Numbered from the whole stretch's first letter, positions 22,418-34,346 are shown. The stretch: DNA of 63,082 bases, filler included, from 10 parts of 10 records of this genome joined end to end with filler, not necessarily neighbours in it, one strand, 5' to 3'. The notes: generated by a model from the sequence alone, not told the origin. Translations and numbers: made by a program.

Positions 22418-23905
22418 ATGGAGGTGAGCTCTCAGCAGAGCCACATGTGGAGCGTGATTGCCGACGGGAGTGCCGGGGACCTGCTGCTGATCATCCTCGA
22501 GTGGCTGGAGCCGGCCGTGCTCTCCCGGTCCGCGGCCACCTGCCGGCTCTGGCGGGCCCAGCTACTAGCCCACCACGGCCTCCTATGGCGGCGGCAGCTC
22601 GCAGCACAGGCAGCTTCCGCCCGGGCCTGGCTTCTGACCGGACGGCGCAGTGGAACCGGCAGCACCCGCACTGGGCCATTGACGAGGGCGTGCACCATGC
22701 GGCCAGCCAGCCGGCGGCGGCGCTGGTGCAGCTGATTCGGCTACTGCAGCCTCTACCTTCCGAGCTCGACCCGAGTACCGTCCACCCGGCCGGTTCGCAT
22801 CGCCCGCCGAGCCGGCCTGACCGGGCGCCTCACAGCCAACATCAGCCTGGCCTCGCCCACCCGCTGTGAGCTCGAGCCCGGCGCAGCGCTCGGGCGCAAC
22901 CGGGTGGTCCGGTCGTTTGCGCCGTTCCCGAGCACCCCAAAGGAGCTCAAGGAGCTGCCCATCCCCAACCTGTTCACCAAGCTCTACGCGCACGGTGCCC
23001 GGCCAGCCGGGCCGCTCCGAGTGCAGCCAGGTGGCAAGAAGGTGAGCTGCGCAGCCGGGAGCACTGGCTATTTCGAAGTGTCTATCGGGGAAGAGGTGGC
23101 CGGTTCGCCGGCGGTGGACCAGCTAGTCTCGATCGGGCTGGTGCCGCAGCAGATGCGCTCGACAGGCTCGCAGCCCGGCTGGGTCCCGCACTCGTTCGGG
23201 TACCACAGCGACGACGGGCACGTGTTCACGGGGAGTGGGCGCGGGCAGGAGTTTGGCCCGCAGTTTGGGGCGGGAGATACGGTCGGGTGCGGGGTAGACT
23301 TTGTGCACAACATCGTGTTTTTCACGCTCAACGGCTCGCAGCTCGAGCCGCACCTCGAGTTGAAGGTCCCTTGCGTACCGCTCTTTCCTTGCATAGGCGT
23401 CGACTGCCTGTGGACGCTGGAAGTCAACTTTGGGCAACAGCCATTCGCGTTCGACATACAGGCGTACGACCGGCAGCTGAGCGCGGACACCGCAGAACAC
23501 TGGCAGTCCGGGCTGACTGCGGCTCTAGAGTGCAGCGGGAGGGGGTCGCCAGAGCACCGAGAGACCCATCGGTGCCTGCCTCAGTCAGTGGGCTCTCTGC
23601 AGCAGTGCCTGGCCCAGTGCCTGCAGCAGAGCGCCCAGAACGGGCAGCAGGCCATAGTCGGGATCGAACAGCTTCTGTCACACCTGCAGCAGCTGGCGGT
23701 CGAGCTCGATGACAACCCAGACCAGCAGGAGGCTCTGGGAGAGTATCACAGCGCCGAAGAGAGCTCGGAGATGAGTCTGGGCTTCTCGGACGGGGACGAG
23801 TTCGAGGAGGACGATCTGGATCACGAGCTTGCGGAGGCTCTTTTAGCGGGCGAGCAGGACTCGGATGACGACCCTGTGGCGGAGATCGTGCCTGACGAGG
23901 ACTAG
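22418..23905 (+). CDS. F-box + SPRY domain protein (3 exons)
   Basis: F-box-like DLLLIILEWLEPAVLSRSAATCRLW; SPRY motifs YFEV, PGW..HSFGYHSDDG, FGPQFGAGDTVGCGVDF, FFTLNG and VNFGQQPFAFD; acidic tail. Introns 22610-22650 (GC-AG) and about 22793-22835. Confidence 0.85.
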
Positions 23906-24270
23906 TAGCCAGCGGGGCCGAGGATGCCGGCGAGGCCCGAGAGGGGTACCGTGCATGAGCTATGGTTGTCAAAGCACTGATCGGGCTGAGACGCCTTGCA
24001 ACATCCGTCCGTACGTACAATCTATCCAGATAATCGATGATATGACCACACCGTCAATGCCCACACGCATCGTAACATTATATAACATCAAAACCTATCG
24101 CGTAAAAAAGATCATTTTAAATAAAAGCTGAGCATTGGCGCTGCGCTGCCCTTCCGGGCACTACTAGCCTATTATTTGATCCTAAAGTCAAGCCCTTATC
24201 GTGCGAGAACCGCGATCCTCGGAGCGACTCGAGGGGTCGGATGATCCGCCGGGCAGTAGCCAGCGCGGGG

Positions 24271-24681
24271 CTATTGGCCTTGCGGGGCCTGGAACAGAGC
24301 GAGGCAGCCGTCCTGATTCTTGGACACGGTGACTTGCCTGCCCGCCGCCTCAGGCGCCGGCCTGCTCTGACTCTGGCGCCTGCTCTTAGAGGAGATCACG
24401 ACCACAGGCGGTGGGGCGTCCGGCTGGAGGGCGGTGGCTCGACTGATCAGCGCCTGCACGGCTCCGGCAGCAGAGGCCGGCACGGTCCCGGTGGCTGCAG
24501 CCCCCCGGTCCGGCAATGGGCGGCGCGGGGCGCACCAGCGATGCAGAGTCCCTGGTTGTCGGTCAGGATGGCGGCGGGATCGGGGCCAGCCAGCTCCTGG
24601 GTGCTGCCCGCCCGGGCTCGCCCAGGTCGCCCGGGAGCGGCCGTACAGCTTCTGCAGGTTGGACTGGAGCGGTTCGTCCAT
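24271..24681 (-). CDS. LAMTOR5: Ragulator subunit LAMTOR5/HBXIP-like roadblock protein (4 exons)
   Basis: Splicing three introns of 41-43 nt (the last GC-AG, 24338-24379) gives MDEPLQSNLQKLTQELAGPDPAAILTDNQGLCIAATGTVPASAAGAVQALISRATALQPDAPPPVVVISSKSRQVTVSKNQDGCLALFQAPQGQ. This matches the LAMTOR5 pattern (TD.QGL...GT.....AG....L...A..L....PVV). It is not visible as a single ORF. Confidence 0.75.
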   Translation of the reverse strand: MDEPLQSNLQKLYGRSRATWASPGGQHPGAGWPRSRRHPDRQPGTLHRWCAPRRPLPDRGAAATGTVPASAAGAVQALISRATALQPDAPPPVVVISSKSRRQSQSRPAPEAAGRQVTVSKNQDGCLALFQAPQGQ

Positions 24682-24762
24682 CTTCAGCGCATGGTCCCGG
24701 AGGCTCGTCAACGGACATAAAATAACGGAACGGAATAACTCTACGGTAGGAAGGAGGCGAAG

Positions 24763-27234
24763 ATGGAGGCTGTTGCCAACCGGAACCGGGCCATCCCGAC
24801 CACCCGGGCCGAGCTGCACCGGATGTACCCGGAGGCCGGAGCGGAGGAGGCGCTGCCGCACTACAGCAAAGTCGAGCTGATGGCCCAGCTCCAGTCGGCC
24901 AATCAGGACATTCTGGAAACTCAGATTTGCGTGCTCAGGCTAAAACAGCAGGTGCTGGCCGGTGAGTCCTGGCTCCGACTGGGGGCTGCAGGCTAGGCAC
25001 GCCCAGTCGCCGGCTGCCGGGTCGGAGCCGGTCCAGGCCAGCCCTGGGCTCCTGCAGCTGGTGCGTGGGCTGCTGGCACTGACCGCTGAGGGTGCCTGCA
25101 GGCGGAACTGGAGAAGCAAGGCGAGCTACTCACTGCTAGCATAGACGATTTGGAGCACGAGGAATGCCTGTCGCCTTTATCGAAGCGCGAGCTGGTCTCC
25201 AAGCTGGAGAGCCAGAACCAGCAGCTCGCTGAGGCCCAGCGGGAGATGATCGAAGGCCGGTCCAAAGCCTCAAAGGACCGGCGGCAGAAGGCGCAGGAAA
25301 TCAAAAAAGCAACTGACAAGATTCATACTCTGCAAGAGGAGCTGGGCCAGCAAAGGAACCGTGCGAGTGAGAGCAGCCATAATGAGCGTCAGCAGCTGCA
25401 AAGAATCGAGGCGTTAGAGCAGGCAGCTGGCCCTCCTTGTGCTAATGCATGACACACCATTGCTGTGCCCAGGAACTGCTCCAAGCGCAGCTGCAGAAGC
25501 TCGAGCTGGCGAGTCAGGTCACTGCTACGCAAGCAGAAAACACAGCAGTTGCTGAAGAAATAAAAAGTGCCCATGCAAAGTTGAGTGAAAGCCAGAAAGA
25601 GCTTAAGAAGATGGAGGAGGTGTGCTTGAGCTTAATAAGTCATGCCTGACGGGTTTGACAAGGTGTGTGAGGAGAGTTGCTCCGTTGCTCGCAAACTGAA
25701 GGAGCATGTTAAATTTACCTTAGCAGCCAGCGATGACTGTAGCCCCGACGAGGTGGCTACCTGGCTTGAGCAAGCCAACTCTGAGATTTATGATGTACAA
25801 AGTGAGTTGCTGAGCTCCCCAAAAAGTGACAAGCACATGAATTCTCTTAGAAAAGCTAGAATGGAGGCTCTGGACGAGCTTGTGCAGCACAATAGGCACC
25901 GACTCGACAATGTGAGATCTTCAGGAGAAGACAAGGAAGAGGTCAAGCAGGCTGCTGCCATGTCTGAGCTTCTACAGAACAAGGACGCTGAGTTAGCTCA
26001 GCTGAAAGAAAGACTAGCCTCTCAATCTGACGGTGGTGCGAAAGCAGCTAAACCCACAAGAACTAAGCTCAGTGTGGATACTGCCAAAACGGGCACATCT
26101 GCGAGGGGGGATCAGGAGGTCCGATGGTTGCAACAAGCAGTACGTGAGAAAGACCTCGCCCTAACTGCCATGTCAAAAGCCAAAAAGCAAGCTGTAGATG
26201 AAGCTGCTTTGAGAGAACAGAAGCTGAAGATGGCGCTGATGGTACAGAACAGCAGCAATGCGCCTTACAGCAGGAAAGCAAATGCAAATACAGGACATAG
26301 CGCACCTGCGAGGGACCGCCACGTACTCGAAAAGCAAGTTGCGGACATGAAAAGGCTAGTGAAAGAGAAGGAGGCATCTCTAGAAAAGATGAGTCAGGAA
26401 AAGACTAGGAAGCTGAACGAGGCGGCTGCACGCGAGAGGGCTTTGCTTCAGAAGGCACACCAGTCCCAAGCAGGAGCAAGATCTCATGGGAATGGTGATG
26501 CTGTCACCCGAAGATTGCGACGAGAGGCAGCACTGAGCAAAGGGCAACTCCAGACGTTGAGTCACGAGAATGAGCAACTTCAGCAAAAAAGTGACCAGAT
26601 GTCAAAATTAATCAGGGAGAAGGAATCTGCCCTCGCAGAGCTCGCAGAAAAAATGCAGCAGACTGTGCACAACGCAGCAGTGAAAGAGGAGATGCTCAAA
26701 TTGGCATTGGAGACTCGGTCAAAAGTTGATCCGCCGCCCTCCAAGGCTATTGATATAGTAGGGGATATGACACTGCAGAGTATTATTCAAGAGGGTGGGG
26801 CTATGCGACGAACGAAGCGACAGGAACGGGAGTCTTCAAGGCGAATAGAGCGCGAAAAGGGCATATCGGGGAAGCAGGCATCCAGAAAGCGGCCAGGCTC
26901 TTTGAGGCACACCTTAAAGCCGACTTCTTTACTGACAGTAGGTGCGAAAGCGAGATCGAAACAAGTGGAGCAGGACGCCTACCGCGAGAAAAAGTTTCAA
27001 GACGCCCTAAGAGACCAGATGAGAAAAGAACAAGCTGATGCAGCAATGCGTGAAGAGCAAGGCCTATATGACGACGGTGTGGCATACCATGAGTTTATAT
27101 CAGATCCCAACAGCAAGCGTTATAGGTCAAGTCCGAATAAGAACCTGGCATACAAAAGCCTAGCTAAAGCTCAACAACGTTGGGCAAGTGTGCAAGCAAA
27201 ACCGAGGTCTAGCGAGTGTATAGTAACTTTATGA
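24763..27234 (+). CDS. Coiled-coil protein (5 exons)
   Basis: E/K/Q-rich heptads with internal repeats (..REK.LAL..M..........A.RE..LK.AL). Four introns of 40-50 nt, including GC-AG 25423-25472. Confidence 0.7.
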
Positions 27235-27432
27235 TATTCAGCGGTGCTGTTCTAAGTCTTCTAACAGTACAAGTAAAGCTCTAGTCTGCTGCGTACTAAG
27301 GTCAATGTCTAGTGTGCGTGAACACCATGAATAAACGAGATGTGTAACATCTGTGCACACAATTGACTACAATTAGACTAAAACGGCACTAGATCAACAT
27401 GGATCACCTAAATACATGTACATGGTCTGTTT

Positions 27433-28848
27433 TTAATACTCCTCGTCGCTAGCATAGATATTGCCAGGATAACTACTCATGATGATTCTAGCAAAGATGT
27501 GGTCAGGTAAGTCGAACATCTGTTCAATAAATACACTCGTAGATGCTCGGTCAAGTAGACAGAGTTGTCGCATCTTGGCCCATTCGACTCTCTGTGGGAT
27601 CCCGAGGAATACTGTGGCAAAATGCAACCAGCAGCCATTCCTGCGAGCCTCGTCCTCGGCCGACCATCCTTTAATATTGCACAAGTCAAGATCAGGCTGC
27701 AAGTGTGCCAACGACTCCAGCACATGAAACCTTCTGTTCCGCACTGCAAGATGTACTGCTGTGTCACCGACGGTGAAATACGCGCACTGGCTGGAGTAGT
27801 CCCGCTCCTCGCTGCAATCCATTTCGCCATCCTCCCAGTGAACATGCCTGGGGCCTGTCTTCCACTCGCTGCAGGCAACCCGCTCTGTCCAGCGCAATTG
27901 CAGCTGTTGGATTGGGCCAGAGCAACCGAACCCAGATCTATCGGCGTGCCCAGGCAGCTGCCCCTCATCAGCGACGAACGTATTCCGGCGCCCAATACTT
28001 GCCAGCTTGAGCCGCCCAAAGCACGGCTCGGTACCAGGAATCGGTGCAGTTGGTGGGAAGTGCTGCACATCAATTTGGCAATCGACTTCGATCGGTCCCT
28101 CGCATTTGCTGTCCAGATCCGAGGCGTCGCGCCACACCGCATTCAGTAACACAAACTCCCAACTTCTGCGTTCAAACGAATCCAACGGGGCCATCACGAC
28201 TGGTTCCTGAATAGGCAGGCCCTGGTACAGTGCGGTCGGGTCGGGAGGCGCCCGCTGCAACCAGCTCAGCAAATCCGAGTCGCTCAGCATTGCGAGCTCA
28301 CGGTACTGACGCTCGAGTGCCGCACCGTCGCTCGCCAGCCCTGGCATCGTCTCGTGCGTCATGGCGCCAATCGCGTGCTGGCCGCATCTAGCGATTGCCG
28401 ACTCCGCCGCCATCTGGCTGGACGAGCCATCTCGCAGGTGCCCGGCCTCTCTCATCTGCTCCTGAAGACACCCAGGGTCACCGGAAACAGCAGTCGCGGG
28501 GCTGGGCTCCTCCACCTCGGCTGGGCCTCGACTGCCGCGCCGTCTACGCATCTTCACATTTCCCTTCCGATGGTGCCGCAGCCGGCGGCGTTCCAGGACA
28601 GGTGCGTGCTCGGCCTGCGCGGGCTGGCTGGACGGACGGCGGACCAGCAGCGTGATGAACCCGCCCGGGGGCAGCGCGGGCAGCGGGTCGGCTAGCTGGA
28701 GCCGCCGACCGTTGTGGATCAGCTGGAGCCGTTCGAGAGGGAGGTCGTGCTGCGCGCTGAGGACCTGGGCCACCTGGCCGACTGTGCTGAAGCAGTCGGC
28801 CTCCACCTCCAGCCGAGTCCGGTCGATCGTCTTGACGCAGACCTTCAT
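27433..28848 (-). CDS. Ubiquitin-like domain + ankyrin-repeat protein
   Basis: N-terminal MKVCVKTID...LQLIHNGRRL (Ubl) and C-terminal GDTAVHLAVRN..NIKGWSA (ankyrin). Intronless. Confidence 0.75.
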   Translation of the reverse strand: MKVCVKTIDRTRLEVEADCFSTVGQVAQVLSAQHDLPLERLQLIHNGRRLQLADPLPALPPGGFITLLVRRPSSQPAQAEHAPVLERRRLRHHRKGNVKMRRRRGSRGPAEVEEPSPATAVSGDPGCLQEQMREAGHLRDGSSSQMAAESAIARCGQHAIGAMTHETMPGLASDGAALERQYRELAMLSDSDLLSWLQRAPPDPTALYQGLPIQEPVVMAPLDSFERRSWEFVLLNAVWRDASDLDSKCEGPIEVDCQIDVQHFPPTAPIPGTEPCFGRLKLASIGRRNTFVADEGQLPGHADRSGFGCSGPIQQLQLRWTERVACSEWKTGPRHVHWEDGEMDCSEERDYSSQCAYFTVGDTAVHLAVRNRRFHVLESLAHLQPDLDLCNIKGWSAEDEARRNGCWLHFATVFLGIPQRVEWAKMRQLCLLDRASTSVFIEQMFDLPDHIFARIIMSSYPGNIYASDEEY

Positions 28849-28929
28849 CTTCAGGGATGGCGGTGCCGCGGTGGCCGGAGATTTCCGTTAATCTCCGCCT
28901 GTTTCCCAGCATGCCCACCTTCTCCCAGC

Positions 28930-29041
28930 ATGCCCGACCTTCTCAATCAGCTGGACGACCACGTGCTCAGGCTGTGCGTCGACCGGCTGCCGGTGCACCC
29001 GAGGCTCTTCACTACTACCGCCCGGGCCGGCAAGCGGCTGC
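28930..29041 (+). CDS. Gene start fragment, possibly F-box-like
   Basis: MPDLLNQLDDHVLRLCVDRLP... runs into the contig end. Confidence 0.35.
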
Positions 29042-29141
29042 NNNNNNNNNNNNNNNNNNNNNNNNNNNNNNNNNNNNNNNNNNNNTTAATTAATTAANNN
29101 NNNNNNNNNNNNNNNNNNNNNNNNNNNNNNNNNNNNNNNNN
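29042..29141. other. Artificial contig linker
   Basis: N-run + TTAATTAATTAA + N-run. Confidence 0.98.
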
Positions 29142-29239
29142 GAACTTGGAGAGTCTGAGTTTCATCGTGTACATGTACAGCAAGCTTAAACTCAATAAAC
29201 TGTCTCCGCGTACGTTTGAATCTCCACCGACCGGACACA

Positions 29240-30117
29240 ATGGTGCCTTTCAAAGCGCTTGCATTGCCACTCCCCGTCGCGAGCCTTGCCGGGCGGGGAC
29301 TTGCTCCTAGCCCTGAGCTGGCCAAGCTGACCGGGTTTGTGGCCCCAGGTAGCAGACGCCGCAGCCCCCGCGACCCCATCGCCGAGCAGCTTTGACTTCA
29401 ACGCGTCGCATTTGGAGAACGTGTTCATCGGGATCTCCGGGCTGATCGGCGCAGGCAAAACCACCCTGGCCGAGGCGCTGGCGGCCAAGCTGGGGCTGCC
29501 GATGCACTACGAGCCGGTGATTGACAACGTGTACCTGGAGGACTTCTACAAGGACATGTCCAAATACGCGTTCCCGCTACAGATCTTCCTGCTGAACAAG
29601 CGGTTCAAGCAGCAGCAGCAGATCGTGTGGGAGGGCCGGGGCGGGGTACAGGACCGCACTATATACGAGGACTCGGTCTTCGCCCGCATGTTGAGGGACT
29701 CGGGCGCGATGGACGCGAGGGATTACAACACGTACTGCGAGCTTTTCCAGAACATGAGCAACTTCATGAAGAAGCCCAACATCATCGTGCACCTGGACGT
29801 CTCCCCGGAGGAGGCTATGGACCGGATCAAGACGCGGGCCCGGTCCCGGCCAGCGTCGGGTGGGGCTGAGCGGGCGGGCAGTGGGTGCGAGGTGGGGATC
29901 ACTCTCAAGTACCTGCAGGACCTGCACAAGGCGTACGAGCTGTTCATCGAGGAGATCGCGGTGGGCCATGAGCGCCACCCGGCTGACTGGCGGGCAGCGG
30001 GTGATCCCGGTGATCAAGATAGACTATTCTGAGTTCAGGAGCTCCGAGCAGATGGCGGAGAAGATCGCGGCCGAGTATAGCAGAATCGCCAACATCAAGA
30101 ACGTCACCTGGGAATAA
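29240..30117 (+). CDS. Deoxynucleoside kinase (dNK family)
   Basis: P-loop ISGLIGAGKTT, YEPV, QDRTIYEDSVFARML, RIKTRARGCE and YLQDLHKAYE. Introns at about 29843-29881 and 29961-29997. The 5' exon structure is uncertain. Confidence 0.88.
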
Positions 30118-30173
30118 GCAATAGCTATAGTACTTCAACGATATCATCAGACTTTAATATACCGATTACACTG

Positions 30174-31202
30174 TCAAATCTGATTCACGGGCTCGTCCTT
30201 CTGGCTGGTCGCGTCGGGCACGGCTTTGGACTCTTCTTTGAGGCCTGCAGCAATCTCCTCCCAACACAGCTCAGCGATCTCGGCGCTGAACTTGTGGGCG
30301 AACCCGTGCGGCATCCCGAGTTGGTCCACCCGCACCCTTGCCCCGGGCACCCTCCGCTTGATCTCGTCGCAGTGCTCCAGAGGCGCCCAATCGTCCGTCG
30401 TCCCAAAGTAAATCAAAACCCTGCTCGCCCAACGCTCGAGTGTCTGCACGTCCAGCTCGGTGATCTGGAGCGCCTCGTCCTTGTACATGTGGATGGCGTT
30501 GTTGACCGAGTTGAAGGTGACAAACCCTGCAGCGACCTGCACGTCCTTCTCTGACAGGTGCGGCTCCCGGCTGCTGATGATCCGCCGCTTGAGCCGATCG
30601 GGCAGACAAGCCAGGCAGCCCGCAAACCCGGCGTAGCACCAGCGGCACCACACGCTGCGCATCTGGGCCCGGCCGTTGGGAGTCTGGCCGATCTGGATGA
30701 TGGTCGGGAACAGCAGCACCGCCCGGGGCACCCGGCCGGCCTCTGAAGGGCTCAGCCCCCGGAGCATCTGGAGCACCAGCCAGGCGCCCACCGAGTGCCC
30801 CACCAGCACCACCCGGAGCCCGGGCTCGCTCTCGAGCCGCCGCCGGAGGTAGCCCGCGTGCCAGCCCAGCTGCTGATCCAGCCCGTACAGCGCGCCTCCG
30901 TTCAGCCGGCCCAGCCCGTCGTGCCCCAGGTGGCCGTTGCAGCGCACCTCCCACCGCCGTTGGCTCCGGGCGAACAGCTGGCCGGCCAGCTCGGCGTAGA
31001 ACATCGGCTGGCACGGGTTCCCGCCCACCAGGAGCGCCAGCCCCTCCCGGTCAGGCCCCTCGAACACCACCCCCTCCACCCGCTGCCCATGCACCGCCTC
31101 GACGCACTCGCGCCCCTCAAACACCTCGCCCCCCACCCGCACCTCCACCGGCCGCCCCGCTTCGCCGCTCATCGGCTCCCGGTCCATCACTGCCGTGCGC
31201 AT
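30174..31202 (-). CDS. Lipid droplet-associated hydrolase-like alpha/beta hydrolase
   Basis: GNPC..MFY, LVGHSVGAW nucleophile elbow, LLFPTI..I..TPNG, YFGTTDDWAP and PHGF. The start is one of three nearby ATGs. Confidence 0.82.
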   Translation of the reverse strand: MRTAVMDREPMSGEAGRPVEVRVGGEVFEGRECVEAVHGQRVEGVVFEGPDREGLALLVGGNPCQPMFYAELAGQLFARSQRRWEVRCNGHLGHDGLGRLNGGALYGLDQQLGWHAGYLRRRLESEPGLRVVLVGHSVGAWLVLQMLRGLSPSEAGRVPRAVLLFPTIIQIGQTPNGRAQMRSVWCRWCYAGFAGCLACLPDRLKRRIISSREPHLSEKDVQVAAGFVTFNSVNNAIHMYKDEALQITELDVQTLERWASRVLIYFGTTDDWAPLEHCDEIKRRVPGARVRVDQLGMPHGFAHKFSAEIAELCWEEIAAGLKEESKAVPDATSQKDEPVNQI

Positions 31203-31222
31203 CCGGCCGCGCGTCACTTCGA

Positions 31223-34200
31223 ATGGCTTCAGCTGGGGCCGGTGAAGAGTCGCTGGGGCAGGGCGATCTGGTCTGGGCCCGGATGAGCGGGTGCGGCTGG
31301 TGGCCGGCCCGGATAGATGAGCTCGACGTCTCCGAGCCCGGCAAGCCGACCAAGCACGAGGTGCCCCGCCCGGGCCCGCTCGGCCAGCGCCCCGGGCCAG
31401 GTCAACTTCGCGTTCCCGGCGACGGCCAACCACGGCAACATGGAGCTCGGGCCCAAGCAGATCCAGCCGTTCGCCGGCAGCAAGTGCGCCAGGAATGTCC
31501 AGGCCGCCAAGGAGTCCGACGTGCAAGAGGCGGTTGCGGCGGTGCGCACCACTCGGCCGGCCGCGGGCCGAGGATCGTCGGCAGGCGATGCTGGCGTTCA
31601 AAGCGGCGGAGGAGCTGTCCGGGCACGAGCAGCTGTGTGCCCGGCTGGGACTGGACCCGGAGCTGTTCCAAAGCCGGTACCAGCCGCTCCTGGTCCAGCT
31701 GGGCTGGCCCGGCCAGCGCTGGACCGAGCCAGCTCCCAACAAGAAGCCAAGCAAGCCGCAGGGGCAGAAGCGGCCAGCCCAGGCCTCGACGTCGCCAGCC
31801 AAGCGGCCAAAGGCGACCGCCGTCCCACAGCCCGCCGTACCGCAGCCCGCCGCCCCAGCCGCCACGACCGTGCAACACGTCGAAACCGAGACCGGGCTCG
31901 CATGCCCGACAGCTCGAGGGGGGTTCAGCCGGTTTGGAGCGGACCAGTGCGTCGAGGTCCAGCTGCCGGCACCCTGGGCGTTCATGACTCGCCACCATGA
32001 CAGCTGCCGGTGCTCAGAGTGCACTGCCAAGCCCAAGCGGTCCAAGGGCAAGGTGCCCGGCGCCGGGCTGGCCTACCCGTGCCTGCCGGGCGGGGTGGCG
32101 GCCGCGGTGGACAAGCTGCCGGCCGGGCTGCGCGGGCGGTTCCCTGTTGGGCTGCTGGAGGAGGAGCTGGCGCGGCTGAAGAGCACGCCCAAGCACGAGA
32201 GGCAGGAAGGCTTTGAGCTGCTCTACCGTAGCGAGCGGCGGGGCGAGCTGACCGACCTGCTCTGGGAACTGGAGGAGCGCACCCTGGCCGGGGTGCTCAC
32301 TAACGGGGCACACCGGGCGAGCAAGCAGCCCGGCGGGAAGCCAATCGACTGGCGGGACCACGCTATGCTCAGCCAGAGCCGGCGGAAGGTGGGCAGCACC
32401 GAGGAGCCGGAGGGCTCGCCGCTGTTCGCGCGGCACGGGAACGAGCTCGAGTCGGTGCTCGGGGTCGAGCCGGTCGAGGGGCAGGCCGGCCAGATCCGGA
32501 TCTGCCCACAGGCGGTGGGCGGGCCGGAGCAGATCGAGCTGGTGGAGCAGGCCAAGCGCCGGTGGGAGGCCATGCGGCTGGTGCTCAAGCCGATGGAGGA
32601 CGACCGGAGGGAAAAGTCGCGGAACAAGCCGGGCAAGCCGGCCGCCTCGCGAGCCGACCTCAAGGCGTCGCGGGTGCTCGAGGCCGAGTATCGGTTCGGG
32701 CTATCCAAGAGCCTCAAGGACCGGCCGGCGCTCCAGCCAGTGCCCGACAACCTGCAGCCGGTGGAGCAGCTAGCGGCTGACTTGTACGACAAGCTGGAGG
32801 AGGGCGATGCCAAGCTCAAGAAGCTGGTGCCGGTCGGGGCGCTGCCTGGGGTGCAAGTAGGGTGCGAGTTCAACTCCAAGGCCCAGATGGCCCACATCGG
32901 GGTGCACAACAACCCGATGGCCGGGATGAGCCCCGCCAGGGTGCTCTCTGGCCGGAAGTCTGTCCCGGTGATTGGGGCGCTGGTCATGTCGGGCGGCTAC
33001 TTGGACGACATTGACTTTGGCGAGGCGTGCATGTACACTGGGTGCGGCGAGAACGACAACTTGCACACCAAGATGCAGATCGGGGACCAGAGCTTCACCC
33101 AGAGCCACAACAAGGCGCTGGCAGCCAACTGCGACCTGCTGGTCCCGGTCAGGGTGATCAGGAAGCGCGAGGCCACCTTGCACGAGAGCTTCGTGGGCGA
33201 GGTGCGATCCGAGCCGGCTGGGCGCTGATCCTCTGCTGGCAGGTTTACACGTACGACGGGCTTTACGCGGTGACCACTTACTTTCTTGAGGTGGGCACCA
33301 GCGGGTACAAGGTGTGCAAGTTCCGGCTCGAGCGGCTGCACGGCCAGCCTAAGCTCACCTCGCAGTGCGTGCTGGCCGCCAAGCAGGACCTGCACCAGAG
33401 GGCCGGCCTGCTCCGCGGCCCGGACGGCAAGCCGCTAGACCTGTCGATGGGGCTCGAGCGCCGCCCGATTTACGTGTTTGACGCCCGGCCCAACTCAAGC
33501 TCCGGCCCGAGCGCTGTCAAGCCGTCGGACGGGCAGCTGGAGTCGATTCAGCAGGCGATCAGCCAGCTGGCCCCCGGGGCGTTCATCTACACCCCGCGGG
33601 TGCTCCGGGAGCAGAACGTGCCGCAGCCGTGCGCCGCGTGCGTGGAGAGCAAGGAGGAGCTGGCCGAGCTGAATCTGGCCGGGATAGGGCTCAAGCAGCT
33701 GCCGTACGACCACTACTCCAAGCTGTACAACGCCGGGGCACTGGTGTACGAGGACCTGGCGAGCAGCGACAAGCAGTGCTCGCGGGTGGCCGAGGGGGTG
33801 GGCGCGCTGCTCGAGGTGTTCATGACCGAGGACAAGGGCTGGGGGGTCCGCTGCCTGCACACGCTGGCCCCGGGCGAGTTTGTGTGCGAGTTCACCGGGC
33901 TGATCGCCCGGCACACCGAGCAGTACTCGGACCAGATGAGCAAGCAGCAGCGCAAGGCGGCCGAGGAGTACTGCTTCGACCTGCAGGTGAGCGGCGAGTG
34001 GCCCGCCGAGCTGCTCGACCAGAGCGAGCAGCAAGCCGACGACGAGATGAAGCGCGACCTGCCCTCGAGGGAGCGGACCGAGCAGATGATCCGACACGCC
34101 GGGCTAGACCCGACCCAGCCCGGCTGGGACCAGCGGTACACGCTGGACGCGCGGCACTGCGGGAACGTGGCGCGGTTCATCAACCACAGCAGCAGCCCGA

Positions 34201-34346
34201 ACCTGTTCGTGCAGATGGTGTGCAGCGAGAGCCACGACCTCAGGCAGCCGCACCTGTGCCTGTTCGCGAGCGCCAGGATCCCACAATTCACAGAGCTCTG
34301 CTACGACTACGGCGAAGAGTACGAGTCGGCCTGGCTGAAAAACTAG
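31223..34346 (+). CDS. PWWP + SRA/YDG + SET domain SUVH-like histone H3K9 methyltransferase (4 exons)
   Basis: PWWP GDLVWARMSGCGWWPARI; SRA VGALPGVQVG..IGVH..MAG..SGGYLDDID..YTG..VPVRVIR..YTYDGLY; SET LEVFMTEDKGWGVRC..GEFVCEFTG..GNVARFINHS..PNL..ELCYDYG. Introns 31361-31400, about 31542-31584 and about 33202-33242. Confidence 0.85.

Noticed and set aside
30174-32051. 625-aa version of the hydrolase overlapping the PWWP-SRA-SET gene
   Set aside because: The upstream half is the antisense of the PWWP gene. Hydrolase similarity starts only after the ATGs near 31170-31202.
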